Under the pieces are notes generated by a model. That model did no database searches and had not been told where the DNA came from. It was given only the letters and a program-made list of their open reading frames with translations. From contig CP068257.2 of assembly GCA_009914755.4 (NCBI GenBank), positions 11,392,001-11,456,000 of the forward strand: a DNA stretch of 64,000 nucleotides. Direction: 5' to 3'. Below, piece after piece: positions 57,103 through 64,000 of the stretch (position 1 is the stretch's first letter; every line of letters starts with the position of its first letter). Origin of the DNA: the human T2T-CHM13v2.0 reference genome, Homo sapiens. Both the position numbers and the translations under genes were made by a program.

Positions 57103-57422
57103 GCCTGGGCACAATGGCTCATGCCTGTAATCCCAGCACTTTGGGAGGACGAGATGGGTGGATCACAAAGTCAGGAGTTCAAGACCAGCTTGGCTAAGAT
57201 GGTGAAACCCCATCTCTACTAAAAATATGAAAAATTAGCCGGTCATGGGGGTGGGTGCCTGTCGTCTCAGCTACTTGAGAGGCTGAGGCAGAGCATTGCT
57301 TGAACCTGGGAGGCGGAGGTTGCAGTGAGCCGAGATCACACCACTGCTCTCCAGCCTGGGTGACAGAGCGAGACTCCATCTCAAAAACAAAACAAAACAA
57401 AACAAAACAAACAAACAAAAAA
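57103..57422 (+). mobile_element. Alu with (CAAAA)n tail
   Basis: TSD 'actac(a/g)ggatgtaa' at 57089-57102 and 57426-57439. Confidence 0.92.
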
Positions 57423-57880
57423 CCCACTACGGGATGTAAAGAGGTATAGTTTTTGTATTCAACTGAAGTTATGACGTACTAATATTGTTATAACTTTAAA
57501 ATGTTTTACATAATCTCCAATTACCTAGATAATTACAAGTTTATAGAAAGTATGCAATACAAAATGAGAAAGGAAACAAAGCATAACACTACAAACTCAA
57601 AAAAGCAAAAATTAAGACAGTAAAATAGGAAATTATGGGAAACATCTCTACAAGAAACACAAAAAATAATAACAATCAAAATGGTAATAGTAACTTCATT
57701 TCTCTATGGAATCATTTTAAACATAAATTGATTAAACTAATAATAAGAAATTAAATGGCCCAATGGAATAAGAACAAACAAAATCACACAATATGCAACA
57801 AATCACACAATATTCTTGTTCAAACATAGTGTACTCTGTTAGGACACATAACAAGCCTTATTAAGTTTAAGAAGACTAAT

Positions 57881-57965
57881 CAGGTGTGGTGGCTCATGCC
57901 TGTAGCCCCAGCACTTTGGGAGGCCAGGACTGGAAGATTGCTTGAGACCAGGATTTCAAGAGACT
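57881..57965 (+). mobile_element. Alu 5' fragment (remnant copy inside a local duplication)
   Basis: 'caggtgtggtggctcatgcctgtagccccagcactttgggaggccaggactggaagattgcttgagaccaggatttcaag'. Confidence 0.75.
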
Positions 57966-58876
57966 CACTTTAACTTTGAGTCAAATAGGTTGAAAGAAAC
58001 AGAATGAAAAAGCATATTCCATGCAAACAGTATCCACAATTAAGTGAGGTGGTCATAAATTATATTCGACAAAATACGCTGTAAATCAAAAACTAGCATG
58101 AGGTAAAGATTGTTACTATATAATGGTAACATTGGTCATTTACCAGGAATCTATAACTATTACATCTATTTAAAAGATCAGGGTTCCAAAATATATAAAG
58201 CTAATATTGACAGAAGTGAAGCAAAAAATACATAGCAACATAATAATCACAGACATTAAGACCCCACTTTAATAATGAGTGAAAGTTTAGATAAAACATC
58301 AATAAGAGAACAAAACCTGGATGACATTATAAATTGTATTAATTCATTTTGTATTGCAATAAGTACCTAAGACTGTGTAATTTATAAAGAAAAAAGATTT
58401 ATTTTCTTCATAGTTATGCAAAATGTACAATAAGTGTGGTGCCAGCATCTGCATCTGGTGAGGGTCTAAGTAAGCTTACAATCATGGTGAAGGCAAAGAG
58501 AAACCAGACATATTGCATGGGGAGAGAGGGAGCAAGCGTGAAAGGAAAGTGCCAGGTTCTTTAAACACGCAGCTCTCATGTGAATTAACAGAGTGAGAAC
58601 TTATTGATCACGAAGGGGATGGCGTGAAGTCATTTACAAGAGATTTGCTCCCATGACCCAAACACATCACACAAGGATCCACATCCTACATTGGGAATCC
58701 CATTTCAACATGAGATTTGAAGGGTACAAACATCCAAATCATATCATAGGCCAACTACACATTAAAAATGTGTACAGGACTCTCCAGTTAAAAGGAAGAG
58801 ATTACACAATATTCTTGTTCGAACTTGGTGCATTCTGTTAGGACACATAACAAGTCTTATTAAGTTTAAGAAGCCT

Positions 58877-59181
<305 letters not shown>

Positions 59182-60329
59182 TTAAGATGACCAAAATTAT
59201 ACAGTTATGTTTTCTGACTAAAATAAAATGAAACTAGACATCAAAATCAAGAGATAAACTGGCAAATTCAAAAATATATGGAAATAAAACACACTCTTTA
59301 ATATATTCTTGCTCAAGGTCCAGATAATTTAATCTAAATGTGAAAACAACTCACGGTGGTGAAGAAATTCCAATGGTACATTGTTGACCAGAAATATTGT
59401 TTAAAACTTTTTAAATTGATTATGAGCTAAAACTAGCCAAACACCCATGAGAAAGAACAAAGAGGCATTAAATTTCCTGATTTCAAAATATATTAAAAAG
59501 CTATAATAAACAAAAGCAATGTGGTACTAACAGAGACAAATGAACAGATGATAGAACAAAATAGCCCAGAAATGAACCCTTCTTTATATAATCAAATAAT
59601 CTTCCACAAAGCTGCCATGACTACACAATAGAGAAAAGAAAATATCTTCAACAAATGATGCTGAAAACTGAGTATCTACACTGAAAAAAATAAAGTTGGA
59701 TTATTTTCTTGCACATTTTAAATAAAATAATGAAACTAAAAAACATATAACTAATACAACTCTTAGAAGAAAAAAATAGGGAAAATACAGAACACTGGTT
59801 TTGGCACTTTTTTGTAGATATGACATCATACTTATGAAAAACATAAAAACCCCCAAAATTTAACTGTGCTAAACTTCAAATTTTCTGCACACCAAAGAAA
59901 ATATTTAGTAGAATGACAATGCCACCGAAGAAATGGGGGAAAATATTTGCAAATTACATGTGATGAGTTAATATTCAGAATTATAAACAACTAAAACTGA
60001 AAAACTAACAATGAATAAATTGATTTAGAAATGCACAAAGAATTGAACTGATGTTTAATCAAAAATATATATGTAAGTAGAAAAAAGCACTTAAAATAAT
60101 GCAAAAAAAGTACCAATTGTAGAGAAATACAAAACAAAATTACAATCCAAAACAAAACCACCTCATACCCATTAGAATGGCCACGATAAATTTTTTAAAT
60201 GCCGAATCTGTTGAGGATGTAAAGAAATTAAAACTCATGTGAATTGAGTGGGGAAAAAGGATGCAACCATCATATTATGAATGTTTCTTAAAATTTAAAT
60301 TATATAATTCCACTTATAAACCTAGATTC

Positions 60330-60780
60330 AAATATAAATCATATTATTTGACTGGAATATAAAATACATTTTTATATATTAATATATATATAAATGGAAT
60401 CCAAGAATTCCACTTATAAATCTATATTCAAACATAAATATAAATGTATACTCCAAATATAAATCTATATCCAAACAAAGAACGTGGAAGATATATTTGA
60501 ATATATATTTCAAATATTGGTATAATAAATATACCAATATTTATATATTTAATATATATTAATATAATATATATTAAATATATTATACCAATATTTATAT
60601 ATTTTATATATAAATATAATATATATTAAATAAATAAATATATTATATAAATAAATATATATTTTATATATATTAAAAATTAAATATTGGTATAATATAT
60701 TATACCAATATATTATATATAAATATATACACATATATTTATATATATACAATATATAAATATATTATACCAATATTTAC
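60330..60780. repeat. AT-rich low-complexity tract with a cluster of near-perfect palindromes ('aatattggtataat at attataccaatatt')
   Basis: Palindromic units at about 60513-60541, 60581-60596, 60683-60714 and 60761-60778; derived by expansion of the L1 ORF2 segment 'ccacttataaa(c/t)ctagattcaaa'. Confidence 0.8.
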
Positions 60781-61157
60781 AAAAGCCAAAAGGCAGAAGT
60801 AACCCAGATATCCCTTGACTGATAAACAAATTAAAAATGTGACATATACATACAGTGGAATATTATTCAGCCTTAAAATAGTAAATCTGTCACATTCTTA
60901 CATAAACATTGAGATATTATGTCAACTGAAATAAGATAGTAATAAAGTGACAGATACTATATGATTCCATGATATGAGTCATCATAAGTAGTCAAATAGA
61001 AACAGAAAGGAGAATGGTATTACTCAAGGTCTAAAGAGAGGGTAAAATGGGCAGTTGTTACTTAATGGGTATTGTCTTAATTTTAGAAGACGTAAAAGTT
61101 CTAGAGGTCTTTACATAACAATGTAAATACTCTTAACAACTAAAATGTACACCTTTT

Positions 61158-61443
61158 TTGAGGTAGGTTCTCACTCTGTCCTGCAGGCTGGAATGAAGTC
61201 ATATAATCATAGCTCACTGCAGCCTCAACCTCCCATGCACAAGTGATTCTCCTGCCACGGCCTCACAAGGAGCTAGGACCACAGGTGGACAACCCAACAC
61301 CTGGCTAATTTTAAATTTTTGTGGGGAAGGGCTCTCTATATGCTGCCCAGGCTGGTCTCAAGTTCCTCGGCTTAAGCAATACTTCTGCGTCAGTTTCCCA
61401 AAGTACGGGCATTATAGGCATGAGCCTCCACCACACTCAGCAC
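61158..61443 (-). mobile_element. Old divergent Alu (J-like) inside the L1 3' end
   Basis: 'ttttttgaggtaggttctcactctgtcctgcaggctggaatgaagtcatataatcatagctcactgcagcctcaacctccc...'; decayed TSD 'actaaaatgtacac' and 'actgaaatatagac'. Confidence 0.85.
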
Positions 61444-61680
61444 TGAAATATAGACTTAAAAAACTTTAAGATGGTAAATTTTATGTCATGTGTTTTCACA
61501 TTTTTTTTTGAAAACAACTAAAAGTGATATAGGTCTTTCTATAAATCATAAAATACATAAATATATAAACATAAATCACCTTCAAATCACTAAAGTGTTT
61601 CTCTCACACAAAGAAAATATATATATTTATCATTAAACACCTAGTGAATATACCACTGTTTCTATGACTACTCACCTTCA

Positions 61681-62004
<324 letters not shown>

Positions 62005-62849
62005 CTACTGTGGCCGCTGAAGGAGTTCAGTGACTCAGTTTCAGCTGTCTTTGCCACAGTTCACAACAATTCCTGCCAACACAGGAACCCACACAGTGAT
62101 GTGGAAAAAAACTTCCAAATACTCAGTGGTAGCCACACTTACCACATCCCGACATAAGGTCCACCATATGCACACCCAATTGCAGAAATCTGTCCTAGTT
62201 TCTGCACTATAAATAAAAGTCCTGAAGGAAATCCAGCCCGCCCAGACATTAGATGGGAATCACAACAACCAAAGCCCCTGGTAAAAAGCCACTTGAAGGT
62301 TGAATCCACTGCATACCCAGCAGCCTTGTGACACAGTTATAAACTCTTCCTTACTACAAGCTCATAGGGCTTCCCATTACCCTGGGAACAAAAGAAGATC
62401 TGTACCTCCTGAAAACAGTTTATAAAAAATTAAAGAGCTGTTTGCTTCTTCAAATTTATAGACACCGGGGTAAGGCTACATGGTTCCATTGTCAATGTTT
62501 CTATTTTAACATAGCAGTGAAAGTACTTTGCAGAAGAATTAGTCAAGAAAATGACCCTAAAAATGACATTCAAATTGAGGAAAAAAATTAAAAGGTTGCT
62601 GTTTGTAGGTGACATGATCTTATAAATAGAAAACCATAAACAATACATCAAAAAATAACAAATGCCCTCAGAAAATTAGCAATATATAACATTAACATAT
62701 AATTATCAGTTATGATTCCATATGCTAACAACAAACCATCTGATAAAAAAGGAAGAAAACAATCTCATTTCCAATAGAATTAAAATAATAAATTTCTGAA
62801 AAATTAACAAAGAAGGCAAAAGATCTTTTCACTGAAACATATATTGATG

Positions 62850-64000
62850 AAAGAAGTGGAAGAAGTCACAAATAAATGCAAAAAGATTTCAAGTTTATGA
62901 ACTGGAAGAATAAATATTATAAAGCACCATATGATTCAAAGTGATCTACAGTTTCAATGAACTCTCTATTAAAAATCCAGTGACATTTTTCACAGTAATG
63001 GAAATTACAATTCTAAAATTTACATGAAACTACGATAGGCTTTGAAAAACCAAAGCAATCTAGAGGAAAAGGGACAAAGCAACCAAACTTCATACTTTAT
63101 GATTTCAAACTATATTTTAAGATTGTAGTAAAAAAACAGATGATACATGCAAAATATGGACACAATAAACCAATGGCACAGAATAGAGCCCAGAAATAAA
63201 CCCAGACATATAAAGTTTACTAATCTTTGATAAGTGCACCAAAAATATACAATGAACAAAGTATAGTCTTTTTAATATTTGCTTCTGAAAAAACTGGATA
63301 CCTCCAGGCAAAAGAATAAAATTAGCTTATTTTTCTTACACCATGCTAAAAGTTAAATTACAGACTTAAATATGAATCCTTAAAAAACCTGAAAAAAAAT
63401 ACATGGAAAACCCTCATGATATGGTCTTAACAATAATTTGTTAGACATAATACCAAAAGTACAGCAACAAAAGCAAATATAAACAAGCTGGACTGCATCA
63501 AACTAAAAACCTTCTGCACAGAAAAGAGAACAATAAAATAAAAAAATTTGTAGAATGGGAAAAAATATTTGCAAACCATACATCTGATAAAAGATTGATA
63601 TACAAAATATATAAGAAATGCAAGCAGATTGAAAGCAAAAACAACAGTAACCCAGTTCAAAATAGGCAAAAAACTAAACAGTTATTTGTCCAATGAAGAC
63701 ATACAAATGGCCAACACATAAGCCATAAAGTACTCAATATCACCAAATATCAGGCAATTGCAAATCAAAACTATGATGAGTATCATTTCAAACATGTTAG
63801 AATGGATAATGTAAAAAGAAGAAACATAACAAGTGTTGACAACACTTTGAAGAAAAAAAATTCTGTACATTCTTGGAGAGTTATAAATTGATGGAGTCAT
63901 TACAAAAACCAATAGAGGTTATCTGAAATACAGAACTACTACACAATCTAGCAATAGTAGTATTGTGCATATAATACTGTGTATATAACAAAAGGAAATG
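62850..64000 (+). mobile_element. Old L1 ORF2 fragment (continues past the window end)
   Basis: Sense-strand ORF2-like translation '...KFTNL**VHQKYTMNKV*SF*YLLLKKLDTSRQKNKISLFFLHHAKS*ITDLNMNP...ANHTSDKRLIYKIYKKCKQIESKNNSNPVQNRQKTKQLF...'. Confidence 0.65.

Larger units (their letters stand above)
59400..61510 (+). mobile_element. Old L1 (ORF2 C-terminal half + 3' UTR) disrupted by an AT-rich expansion and an Alu
   Basis: '...HLIPIRMATIN...CWRGCKEIKTHVN*VGKKDATII' and 3' end 'aatgggtattgtcttaattttagaagacgtaaaagttctagaggtctttacataacaatgtaaatactcttaacaactaaaatgtacacc ... actgaaatatagacttaaaaaactttaagatggtaaattttatgtcatgtgttttcac'. Confidence 0.7.

Noticed and set aside
60549-60752. 67-aa ORF 'MYIYKYMCIYLYIIYWY...'
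   Set aside because: It is a translation of (TA)-rich low-complexity DNA. It has no coding potential.

Overview
This window reads as primate (human-type) genomic DNA, not a prokaryotic locus. About half of it is interspersed repeats. I recognise roughly 25 Alu/FLAM copies, most with identifiable target-site duplications. There are several L1 copies of different ages, including two inverted (twin-priming-like) structures. Also present are an L2 3' fragment, a MaLR (THE1/MST-like) LTR with internal sequence, and a solo ERV LTR.

The two largest structured features are:
- An ~8.7 kb defective gammaretrovirus-like HERV provirus on the + strand (LTRs about 4241-4838 and 12338-12922). It carries gag with a CCHC knuckle, pro, an RT with YVDDIL, an integrase HHCC/DDE core, and env with an immunosuppressive-domain motif. 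All reading frames are broken, and an Alu has inserted into gag. The provirus is flanked on both outer sides by a ~33-bp periodic tandem repeat.
- A KRAB zinc-finger pseudogene on the minus strand (about 47690-50688). Its spacer and first fingers closely resemble the ZNF91/ZNF43 subfamily. It has at least three in-frame stop codons, frameshifts and lost zinc-ligand cysteines. This fits a chr19p12-type ZNF/HERV-rich cluster.

I could support no intact protein-coding gene, RNA gene or CRISPR array. I see no credible evidence of a novel defence or biological system here. The most interesting signals are structural: the provirus inside a tandem array, palindromic minisatellites, an AT-rich palindrome cluster, local duplications, and a possible L1 3' transduction.
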